Source of the DNA: Candidatus Omnitrophota bacterium
Lineage (GTDB): Bacteria > Omnitrophota > Gorgyraeia > Zapsychrales > Zapsychraceae
Assembly (NCBI GenBank): GCA_029567025.1
Contig: JAKQLT010000082.1
Span: 1-41,624, forward strand
Direction of reading: 5' to 3'
Length of the DNA stretch: 41,624 nucleotides
The stretch's first letter is position 1; the number at the start of each line of letters is the position of its first letter. The notes under the pieces are model-generated. The model saw only the letters and a list, made by a program, of their open reading frames with translations. It was not told where the DNA came from and did not search any database. Position numbers and translations under genes: made by a program. Shown here one piece after another: positions 25,943 to 32,854 of this stretch.

Positions 25943-26617
25943 ATGACAGATCATCAAGAAAAATTAAAAAAGTTTTTTACAGGATTATTTTTTGTTATAG
26001 GTGTTTTATTGTTTATTTGGATTATTTTTACGATAGGCGCTAATAAAGGTTTTATTGAAGCTAAATTTAAGGTTCCTGTTCTTTTTGAAGATGTTCGAGG
26101 ATTAACCGAAGGTGCTCCTGTGCGTTTATCCGGTGTTGTGGTGGGATTAGTCGAGCGAATCGATTTTTTAAAGAAAGAATATCAAGGAAGGCGGGTTAAA
26201 GTTACGTTGAGTCTTTTTGAAAAATATAAAGAGCAATTGAATCAAAGCGCGCAGTTTTCAATTGTGACCGATGGCATCTTAGGAGAAAAATTGGTTGTGA
26301 TTAAAGTAACAGAAGATACACGGCCGTTGGATTTAAATAGTTTGATTTTAGGAGATAATCCGATTGATGTTCAGGATTTAGCTGAAGTTTTTGCGGACGC
26401 GGCAGAATCATTTACTAAAACATCAAACGAATTAAGCAAGATTAATTTTCAGAAATTAGCTGAAGGCATGGAACAAACAGGACAATCTTTAGTAACGACA
26501 GCAGAGAGTTTTAAAAAGATATTACCGGAAGTAGAACTTTTGATGATTAAGGGAAAGCGGTTATTTAATCGTATAGAGCAAAAGATTATTGAGGGAAATT
26601 TGTTTAAGATTTTTTAA
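25943..26617 (+). CDS. mlaD: MlaD-like MCE-domain substrate-binding protein
   Basis: An N-terminal anchor helix (FFTGLFFVIGVLLFIWIIFTI) precedes an MCE block (FEDVRGLTEGAPVRLSGVVVGLVERIDF). I prefer the start at ATG 25943, which has a GAGGA site upstream, over 25907. Confidence 0.75.
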   Translation: MTDHQEKLKKFFTGLFFVIGVLLFIWIIFTIGANKGFIEAKFKVPVLFEDVRGLTEGAPVRLSGVVVGLVERIDFLKKEYQGRRVKVTLSLFEKYKEQLNQSAQFSIVTDGILGEKLVVIKVTEDTRPLDLNSLILGDNPIDVQDLAEVFADAAESFTKTSNELSKINFQKLAEGMEQTGQSLVTTAESFKKILPEVELLMIKGKRLFNRIEQKIIEGNLFKIF

Positions 26618-26643
26618 TAACATTTTTTACGAAAGGGCTTTCT

Positions 26644-26937
26644 ATGTTTATTATAAGTAATTTTATTGTGGCTTGCGCCCAAATTATTAATGTGATTTTA
26701 ATAGCTGTTTATTGGCTTATTTTGATTAGGGCCTTGGTCAGCTGGGTTAATCCAGATCCGTATAATGCGGTTGTTCAGTTTCTTTATCGCACGACTGAGC
26801 CGATTTTACAGCCTATTCGGCGATTTTTACCAACGATGGGTATTGATATTTCACCGATTATTGCCTTTTTAGTTATTATTTTTTTAAAATCATTCTTGGT
26901 CCAAACGCTGATAGATATCGGAATGCGGTTAAGATAA
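26644..26937 (+). CDS. yggT: YggT-family membrane protein
   Basis: The 97-aa, two-helix protein shows the YggT pattern (LIRALVSWVNPDPYN, TEPILQPIRRFLP, GIDISPI). Confidence 0.8.
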   Translation: MFIISNFIVACAQIINVILIAVYWLILIRALVSWVNPDPYNAVVQFLYRTTEPILQPIRRFLPTMGIDISPIIAFLVIIFLKSFLVQTLIDIGMRLR

Positions 26938-26976
26938 TTTTTTTAAAATGTAAATTTTTTTAAAAGAAATTAAATC

Positions 26977-27005
26977 TTGCAAAAACAGAAAGAAGCATAT
27001 AAGAT
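26977..27005 (+). promoter_or_regulatory. Candidate promoter for ybaB (TTGCAA-17 nt-TAAGAT, or 15 nt to TATAAG)
   Basis: The -35 lies at 26977-26982, with -10 candidates at 26998-27005. Confidence 0.35.
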
Positions 27006-27049
27006 TGCTGAACATTCAAGATTAGATTTTTAAAAGGAGCGTTTTAAGA

Positions 27050-27343
27050 ATGTTTGACCAGATGAAAAAATTGATGGAAATGAAAAAACAAGCGGATATG
27101 ATCAAGCGTCAGCTTGATGCGACGATTATTGATGTGGACGCAGGATTAGGTATTAAAATTAAAGTGAATGGTTCGCAGCAATTTCAAACCATTGATATTG
27201 ACGCAGAAAAAATAAAGCCGGAAAATAAAATACGATTAGAAACAGATCTTTTAAAAAGTTTAAATGCCGCGATGAAAAAGTCGCAAGAAGAAGCAGCATT
27301 AAAAATGAAGAGTCTTTTGCCAGGAGGATTTCCTGGCCTATAA
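27050..27343 (+). CDS. ybaB: YbaB/EbfC-family nucleoid-associated protein
   Basis: The 97-aa protein has the pattern MKKLMEMKKQADMIKRQLD...AGLGIKIKVNGSQQFQTIDID...LETDLLKSLNAAMKK and a C-terminal PGGFPGL. Confidence 0.8.
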   Translation: MFDQMKKLMEMKKQADMIKRQLDATIIDVDAGLGIKIKVNGSQQFQTIDIDAEKIKPENKIRLETDLLKSLNAAMKKSQEEAALKMKSLLPGGFPGL

Positions 27344-27397
27344 ATATTAAGGCGCCGAGAATAACAACAGGCGCGAAATTGAAAGGAGAAAAGTTTT

Positions 27398-27631
27398 ATG
27401 CCTTATGATCAAACATTAGATGTAGCATCTTTTAAAGAATCAAAAGAATTCGGAGATACCAGAATCACGGTAGGAGTTTTTTCATATAATGACGGGCCTA
27501 AGAAACTTCAGATTTCCCGCGAAAATCAAAGCCAAGAAGGTGAATGGCGATTCGCGAAATTAGGTCGTATGACCAAAGATGAAGTGAAAGAAGTTATACC
27601 TTTGATTGCTAAAGCTGTTGATAATATGTAA
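27398..27631 (+). CDS. Small hypothetical protein (77 aa), possibly a PC4/YdbC-like ssDNA-binding fold
   Basis: A good ribosome-binding site (AAAGGAGAA) is present and a strong terminator follows. The pattern ITVGVFSYNDGPKKLQISRE...GEWRFAKLGRMTKDEVKEV recalls bacterial PC4-like proteins. That comparison is from memory only. Confidence 0.45.
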   Translation: MPYDQTLDVASFKESKEFGDTRITVGVFSYNDGPKKLQISRENQSQEGEWRFAKLGRMTKDEVKEVIPLIAKAVDNM

Positions 27632-27648
27632 ACATTTTTTATTTTTTT

Positions 27649-27679
27649 AAAAAGCGCGAAAGAGATTTCGCGCTTTTTA
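27649..27679 (+). terminator. Strong (potentially bidirectional) intrinsic terminator
   Basis: GCGCGAAA (27654-27661) pairs with TTTCGCGC (27666-27673) across a 4-nt loop. An A-run lies upstream and a T-run downstream. Confidence 0.75.
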
Positions 27680-27697
27680 ATTAATGGAGGTTTTAAA

Positions 27698-28174
27698 ATG
27701 GCAGATCATGTTTATTTAACCAGGGCGGGCTATGAGAAATTGATGAAGGAGCTCGACCAGCTTAAAAGTGAGAAAATCAAGATTTCTAAAGCTATTGGCG
27801 AGGCGCGCTTACAGGGCGATATTTCAGAAAATGCGGAATATGACGCGGCGAAAGAAGCCCAGGCGCATAATGTCGCGCGAATGGGAGAAGTGGAATCAAA
27901 ATTAGCCAAGGTAAGGATTATTGAAGATGAAAATATCCCTTCAGATAAAATTTATATCGGCGCTATCGTTACGCTTAAAGATTTAAAAACAGAAGAAGAG
28001 TTGCAATATATGATGGTTTCTCCTGAAGAAGCGAATTACGAAGAAAATAAACTTTCGATTTTTTCTCCTGTGGGTAAAGGATTGATGGGAAAATCCGCCG
28101 AACAAGAAGTTGAGATAAAAGTTCCTGCAGGTGTTTTAAAATATAAAATCTTAAAGATTGAACGCTCGAAATAG
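27698..28174 (+). CDS. greA: Transcription elongation factor GreA
   Basis: The sequence YLTRAGYEKLMKELDQLK...EARLQGDISENAEYDAAKEAQ is the GreA coiled-coil tip. A C-terminal FKBP-like domain with SPVGKGLMGK follows. Confidence 0.95.
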   Translation: MADHVYLTRAGYEKLMKELDQLKSEKIKISKAIGEARLQGDISENAEYDAAKEAQAHNVARMGEVESKLAKVRIIEDENIPSDKIYIGAIVTLKDLKTEEELQYMMVSPEEANYEENKLSIFSPVGKGLMGKSAEQEVEIKVPAGVLKYKILKIERSK

Positions 28175-28177
28175 TTT

Positions 28178-29539
28178 TTATTTTTCTTTCTGACTTTTAT
28201 TCCAGAAAAGAGAAGTTCCAAGCCAGTAGAAAATTATAGGTAATAAAGAAAAAACGATGCGATGAAAGGTTTGCGAGAGCCACCAAAGGATGTCAAAATA
28301 GGTATTAAGAAAATAATAAAGAGTCAAAATCCCACCATATAAAATCAAGAATAGCGGAATAATAATTGTTTGAGCATTAAACATCTTTTTCTTTCCTAAA
28401 ATAAGTCCAACCAAAAGAATTATCCAGAATCCATTCCAAGAAAAAGTTTTTAATTGAAAGAAATAGAACATGAATATCGCTTTAAGCCGAGAAAAATCCG
28501 ATGGTTTGGTTAATGACTCAAAGCCGTTAATGAATGTGAGATTTTGAGGCGCGTAAAAGAATTGAAAAATGATAAAAGGAATACAGGATATAAAAACGCC
28601 AACGAAAAAAGAAAGAAGGATTTTCTTTTTATTTAAAGATCTCTGCTTTAATAAATAAGGAATAGCTAATGAGCCAATGATAACGCTCGCCATTAAGCCT
28701 TCATTTTTTGTAAAACTTAAAATGCTTAAGAAAATACCGCTTAGCAAGGCGAAGGTTTTATTGTCTTTCATTTTGGCTTGAATGAGGCAGTAAAAAGAAG
28801 CCAAAAGGTAGAATCCAATCACGATATCCGCGTATTGGCTTGAGGCGAATTTATAAAAAAGAGAAGACGACGATAGCGCAAGAAGTAAGAGAATATTAAA
28901 AAATAATGGCGTACGATTTCTTAGGCTATAAAATAATAATCCGAGCGTCAGAGTTGTAAATAAAATGGAAACGAGAATAGGGATATTTTGTGTTGGCGTT
29001 GTCGAAAAAATCCATCCCCAAACATTTAAAAGAGGCAAAAATAATGGATAATGCGGGCTTGATCGCCAAAGAGTAGGATGAAAAATATTTGTCCAATCGT
29101 TTTGTCCTAAAAATAATGTCCTGGCTTTAAAATTCCACACGGCCCATGCGTCCCACCCGCCGTTAGGATATAAAGAAATCGTATAAATAGTTGGAATTAA
29201 AAAGACAATAAAAATAAAAAATAAAATAAGATGTTTAATGTTTAGCTTCTTGATCATTTCTTTTATGCCGAATATTTTTATGTTAGAAATGGCAGAATTT
29301 TTGATGAAGAATATTAAAAGAATAAGATGAATAGTGAGAATGAATAAGCGGTTGAATTCATTAAATAATAAGAAGCTTAAAAAAGTGATGTAAGAGCTCA
29401 AACCTAATCCTAGCCCGGCGGACAATAATATTTTAAGAGAAGAAGATATTTTTTTTTCATTATCTAAAAGGGTAATGAAAAAAATCCCTAAGAAGAAAGA
29501 TAGCGCAAACGGCAATAAGTTTAATATAAATAGGGTCAT
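28178..29539 (-). CDS. Polytopic membrane protein, putative GT-C-type glycosyltransferase (ArnT/PMT-like)
   Basis: The 453-aa protein has about 11-12 hydrophobic helices and a loop (GGWDAWAVWNFKARTLF...SSPHYPLFLPLL) of the kind seen in ArnT/PMT_2-like proteins. It lies next to a glycan locus. The family assignment is tentative. Confidence 0.45.
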   Translation of the reverse strand: MTLFILNLLPFALSFFLGIFFITLLDNEKKISSSLKILLSAGLGLGLSSYITFLSFLLFNEFNRLFILTIHLILLIFFIKNSAISNIKIFGIKEMIKKLNIKHLILFFIFIVFLIPTIYTISLYPNGGWDAWAVWNFKARTLFLGQNDWTNIFHPTLWRSSPHYPLFLPLLNVWGWIFSTTPTQNIPILVSILFTTLTLGLLFYSLRNRTPLFFNILLLLALSSSSLFYKFASSQYADIVIGFYLLASFYCLIQAKMKDNKTFALLSGIFLSILSFTKNEGLMASVIIGSLAIPYLLKQRSLNKKKILLSFFVGVFISCIPFIIFQFFYAPQNLTFINGFESLTKPSDFSRLKAIFMFYFFQLKTFSWNGFWIILLVGLILGKKKMFNAQTIIIPLFLILYGGILTLYYFLNTYFDILWWLSQTFHRIVFSLLPIIFYWLGTSLFWNKSQKEK

Positions 29540-29967
29540 TTTTTTCTCGCTAAAATTATTCCTGATGGCGTAATTTTTAAAGGCGTAAGATTTAGCTCCT
29601 TTATTTTTTCAACGGTTTTTGCTGACGTTGAGCAATCAAGAATAATATAATCGTGCTGGATATTGTGAACGTCGAGAATAGTTGGCGCCAAAATAAGCTG
29701 TGCTTGAGAAAGTTGTTTGTTATTATCCAGATCATTTAAATTTTTGTCTGTGTAATAGCCGATCACGGGTATTTCTTTTAAGAAGGGTTGAAATTCTCGA
29801 AATTTATTTCCAACGAATTGATGAGGAAGATAAGCCCGCAATTTTTCGTATTGGTGGATTTCTTTGGAAAAGCTTAAAAGATTAAGGCAAAGCCATAAGA
29901 AAATCGCGGCTGTAAATATTTTTTGCGATAATGATAACAAGCGCAGTTTTGAAATGGTTGTTTGCAT
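29536..29967 (-). CDS. Membrane-anchored hypothetical protein (143 aa), translationally coupled to the GT-C-like gene
   Basis: It has an N-terminal anchor helix (IFTAAIFLWLCLNLLSF). Its stop overlaps the downstream start by 4 nt (ATGA on the minus strand). Confidence 0.5.
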   Translation of the reverse strand: MQTTISKLRLLSLSQKIFTAAIFLWLCLNLLSFSKEIHQYEKLRAYLPHQFVGNKFREFQPFLKEIPVIGYYTDKNLNDLDNNKQLSQAQLILAPTILDVHNIQHDYIILDCSTSAKTVEKIKELNLTPLKITPSGIILARKK

Positions 29968-30132
29968 AATGTTTAATTAAATCGTAGCCATTCTACTGAT
30001 AAAATACATTTTTTGCAACTTTTTCGTAGTTTTCATAAATTTTAAAACGTTAAATAAAATGTTTCTTAAAAGACCCTCTGTAAGTATAATAAATAACATT
30101 AATTATAATATTTTTATAAAGAGGAGGAAAAA

Positions 30133-31146
30133 TTGATTAAAGTCGGTATTATTGGTTGCGGTTATTGGGGGCCGAATCATATCCGCATTTTTTCTCAGAT
30201 GGCTAATGCACAAAGCACGATGTGTTCGGATTTAAGTGAAGACCGATTAAATGCGATGAAGCGCCTTTATCCGAATATTAAAATTACGAAGAACTATAAA
30301 GACATTTTACAAAATCCTGAAATCCAGGCTGTTTGTATCGCCTCTCCGACTAATACGCATTTTGCTATTACGAAAGAAGCCTTGGAAGCCAATAAACATG
30401 TTTTGTGCGAAAAGCCGCTTACGTTAAAACCGAATGAATCCGTTGTGTTAAAAGATTTAGCTATGAAAAAGAAAAAAGTTTTGATGGCCGGGCATATTTT
30501 TCTTTTTAATCCTGGTATTATGTGGCTTAAGAAATATATTGAATCCGGCGAGCTTGGAGAAATTTATTCTGCCCATGCGATTCGCACGAATTTAGGCCCG
30601 TTTCGTTATGATGTGAACGCCATGTGGGATTTGGCGCCGCATGATATCTCCATTCTTAATTATTTGTTTGATAATTGCCCGATTAATGTTTCCGCCCGCG
30701 GACAAAAATGTTTAGGGAATTCTATGGAAGATTTGGCGTTTGCGACCCTTGAATATCCAAATAATTTACTCGCTAATATTCATGTCAGCTGGTTGGATCC
30801 CAAAAAAGTCCGACAGATTACGATTGTCGGAAGCAAGAAAATGATTGTTTGGGATGATTTGGATAATATCGGGCCGATTAAGGTTTATGACAAACACGTT
30901 GAAAAAACCTCCACTTTTTATGAAACATATGGCGAATTTCAACTTTTGTCGCGAGAAGGAAGTATTACGATTCCTCAAATCGGCATGGGGGAACCTTTAA
31001 AAGCGCAAGCGCAGTATTTTTTAAATTGTATCGAGAAAGATGAATGGCCGGCGTTGTGCGATGCGCAAAAAGGTTATGAAGTCGTTAAAACCCTTTGCGC
31101 CATTCAGTCGTCCATGCAGCAAAACGGCGCGTGTGTGAAGGTTTAA
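30133..31146 (+). CDS. Gfo/Idh/MocA-family sugar-nucleotide oxidoreductase (WbpB-like), paralogue of 13290..14309
   Basis: It starts at TTG with a GAGGAGG site 6 nt upstream. The VGIIGCGYWGPN, EKPLT, WDLAPHDISI and HVSWLDPKKVRQITIVGSKKM blocks align closely with the 13290 gene. Confidence 0.85.
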   Translation: MIKVGIIGCGYWGPNHIRIFSQMANAQSTMCSDLSEDRLNAMKRLYPNIKITKNYKDILQNPEIQAVCIASPTNTHFAITKEALEANKHVLCEKPLTLKPNESVVLKDLAMKKKKVLMAGHIFLFNPGIMWLKKYIESGELGEIYSAHAIRTNLGPFRYDVNAMWDLAPHDISILNYLFDNCPINVSARGQKCLGNSMEDLAFATLEYPNNLLANIHVSWLDPKKVRQITIVGSKKMIVWDDLDNIGPIKVYDKHVEKTSTFYETYGEFQLLSREGSITIPQIGMGEPLKAQAQYFLNCIEKDEWPALCDAQKGYEVVKTLCAIQSSMQQNGACVKV

Positions 31147-31219
31147 ATTTTTTTTACGGAAAACCATGTGGTTAACTTAGACGCTTCTGAGGTGGAACAG
31201 TCGTTAATCAAACAAGCCA

Positions 31220-31247
31220 TTGACAATGCGTACGTTATAGTGTACGC
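31220..31247 (+). promoter_or_regulatory. Candidate yefM-yoeB promoter/operator (TTGACA plus GCGTAC-N8-GTACGC inverted repeat)
   Basis: TTGACA lies at 31220-31225. The inverted repeat occupies 31228-31233 and 31242-31247 and encloses TATAGT (31236-31241). YefM-type operators are known to contain GTAC-core palindromes. Confidence 0.4.
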
Positions 31248-31266
31248 TTTGGGTGGAGGAATAAAT

Positions 31267-31509
31267 ATGACAACGATCACAGCAACAGAAGCCAGAGCAC
31301 AATTATATGCGCTATTGGATAAAACAGCCGTTTCACATGATCCTGTTCAGATTACGGGAAAAAGAAGCAATGCTGTTTTAGTTTCGGAAGAAGATTGGCG
31401 TTCCATTCAGGAAACTTTGTATTTGGTTTCTATTCCTGGGATGCGCGAGTCCATTCGCCAAGGGATTAAAATACCGCTAAAAAAATGTGTTAAGAAATTA
31501 GATTGGTAA
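31267..31509 (+). CDS. yefM: Phd/YefM-family type II antitoxin
   Basis: The sequence MTTITATEARAQLYALLDK...PVQITGKRSNAVLVSEEDWRSIQETLYL is typical of YefM. I place the start at ATG 31267, which has a GGTGGAGGA site upstream. The ORF-track start at 31168 is an upstream extension. Confidence 0.88.
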   Translation: MTTITATEARAQLYALLDKTAVSHDPVQITGKRSNAVLVSEEDWRSIQETLYLVSIPGMRESIRQGIKIPLKKCVKKLDW

Positions 31510-31512
31510 AAT

Positions 31513-31776
31513 ATGAGTTGGCAACTTTATTTTACGCATCAAGCCCAAAAAGACGCTAAAAAAATTGTGCATGCCGGCTTGAAAGAGAATGTTCAAGAGC
31601 TTTTGTTGATTCTTGAGAAAAATCCTTTTCAAAACCCGCCACCTTATGAAAAACTTGTTGGAGATTTAGATGGCGCATATTCCCGCCGGATTAATATTCA
31701 GCATCGGCTTGTGTATCAGGTTTTAAAAAAGAACAAAGCAGTAAAAATTATTCGTCTCTGGACGCATTATGAATAA
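31513..31776 (+). CDS. yoeB: YoeB/Txe-family type II toxin (ribosome-dependent mRNA interferase)
   Basis: It is 87 aa long and has PFQNPPPYEKLVGDLDGAYSRRINIQHRLVYQV and a C-terminal RLWTHYE. It begins 3 nt after yefM. Confidence 0.92.
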   Translation: MSWQLYFTHQAQKDAKKIVHAGLKENVQELLLILEKNPFQNPPPYEKLVGDLDGAYSRRINIQHRLVYQVLKKNKAVKIIRLWTHYE

Positions 31777-31794
31777 TGATTGCTGTCATAAAAC

Positions 31795-31808
31795 ACAGTA
31801 ATTACTGT
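31795..31808 (+). promoter_or_regulatory. Perfect 14-bp palindrome ACAGTAATTACTGT upstream of the nuclease-like gene
   Basis: The palindrome reads directly from the sequence. A further CTGT-N8-ACAG pairing lies just upstream at 31783-31798. It sits 42 nt before the ATG at 31850. Confidence 0.3.
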
Positions 31809-31849
31809 AAAAAAAGTAAGAGCTTTTTAATTAAGAAAGGTAAATATCA

Positions 31850-32821
31850 ATGACTATTAGTGAGAAAGATCTTGAGGATATTATTTGTAAATATCCAGAA
31901 TTAATAGAGGAAAAATTAATTTTACAGGGGAGACAAATTACTTTATATGGTCGACGAATGGATTTGTTGTTTATTGATAAGTTTAATAGAAAGTTGATAA
32001 TTGAATTAAAAATAGGGCCTATAAAAGATGAACATATTGGTCAAATCCTTTCTTATGAAGGAATGCTTTTATCATCTGAAGACCCGACAATTCGAGTAAT
32101 GTTGGTTGGGAATAGGGTCCCTGTTAATATTAAGAGAAGTTTAGACCACCATGGGATTGCTTGGAAAGAAATATCATTCGCTAGTTTAAGGGAATATTTA
32201 ATAAAAGAACAAGATGTTCAATTTTTAGAACTGTTTAATAATTCTTCCTTAATAGAACACAGAATTGATGGGGAAAAGTTTTGGTTTGATGAGAAGGCAT
32301 TATTGAGATCTTCTAAAGTTGCCGCGTTAGAAAAAAAAGAGATAGATTCCTCTCAAAAAAAAGAATTTGATAAGAATTCATTAGATTTATTATGGCAACA
32401 AGCACCTTTATTTGATCATGATGCAAAAGATTTAAAATATTTAAAATATCATCTTTCTTTTTGTAAAAAGTTAACTGATAAAGTGTTGGCCTTAGATTGT
32501 AAAATAGATTGTCGTATTAATGGAAGACAATATAGCTTTGATGATGCTATGGGGATAGGGCCATTCTTAAATATTGAAACTTTAAAATCAAAAATTGTCA
32601 TTGCTCCTCTTCGTTTAACGCCAAAGGATTTGATGGAAATGAAAGTGCAATTTAGAGATACGACAAATAAAATATACCGGATGGGAGGCTTGGTTAGGGT
32701 TGATTTTTTTAAACGTGATGATGGGGAGTTAAATATGGCTTTTGAATTAGCAAAGAAATCTTTTGAAGTTAAAAAGAAAGTTGGGACAGCCGTTTTTTTT
32801 GGTGATATGCAAGGAAAATAA
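31850..32821 (+). CDS. NucS/DUF91-like PD-(D/E)xK nuclease domain protein with an uncharacterised ~200-aa C-terminal domain
   Basis: The N-terminal ~115 aa read KDLEDIICKYPELIEE...GRQITLYGRRMDLLFIDKFNRKLIIELKIGPIKDEHIGQILSYEGML...IRVMLVG. This gives the D...ExK nuclease core of the NucS C-terminal type (Asp38, Glu52, Lys54). I recognise nothing in the rest. Confidence 0.6.
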   Translation: MTISEKDLEDIICKYPELIEEKLILQGRQITLYGRRMDLLFIDKFNRKLIIELKIGPIKDEHIGQILSYEGMLLSSEDPTIRVMLVGNRVPVNIKRSLDHHGIAWKEISFASLREYLIKEQDVQFLELFNNSSLIEHRIDGEKFWFDEKALLRSSKVAALEKKEIDSSQKKEFDKNSLDLLWQQAPLFDHDAKDLKYLKYHLSFCKKLTDKVLALDCKIDCRINGRQYSFDDAMGIGPFLNIETLKSKIVIAPLRLTPKDLMEMKVQFRDTTNKIYRMGGLVRVDFFKRDDGELNMAFELAKKSFEVKKKVGTAVFFGDMQGK

Positions 32822-32854
32822 TTCGGAGGAAGAATTTATTATGAAAGGGGTTTT

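Noticed and set aside
31162-31173. The near-palindrome AACCATGTGGTT after the dehydrogenase gene, considered as an insertion-site repeat or terminator.
   Set aside because: It is imperfect, has too small a loop for a hairpin, lacks a T-run and has no matching copy at the right end of the cassette (32822-32854).
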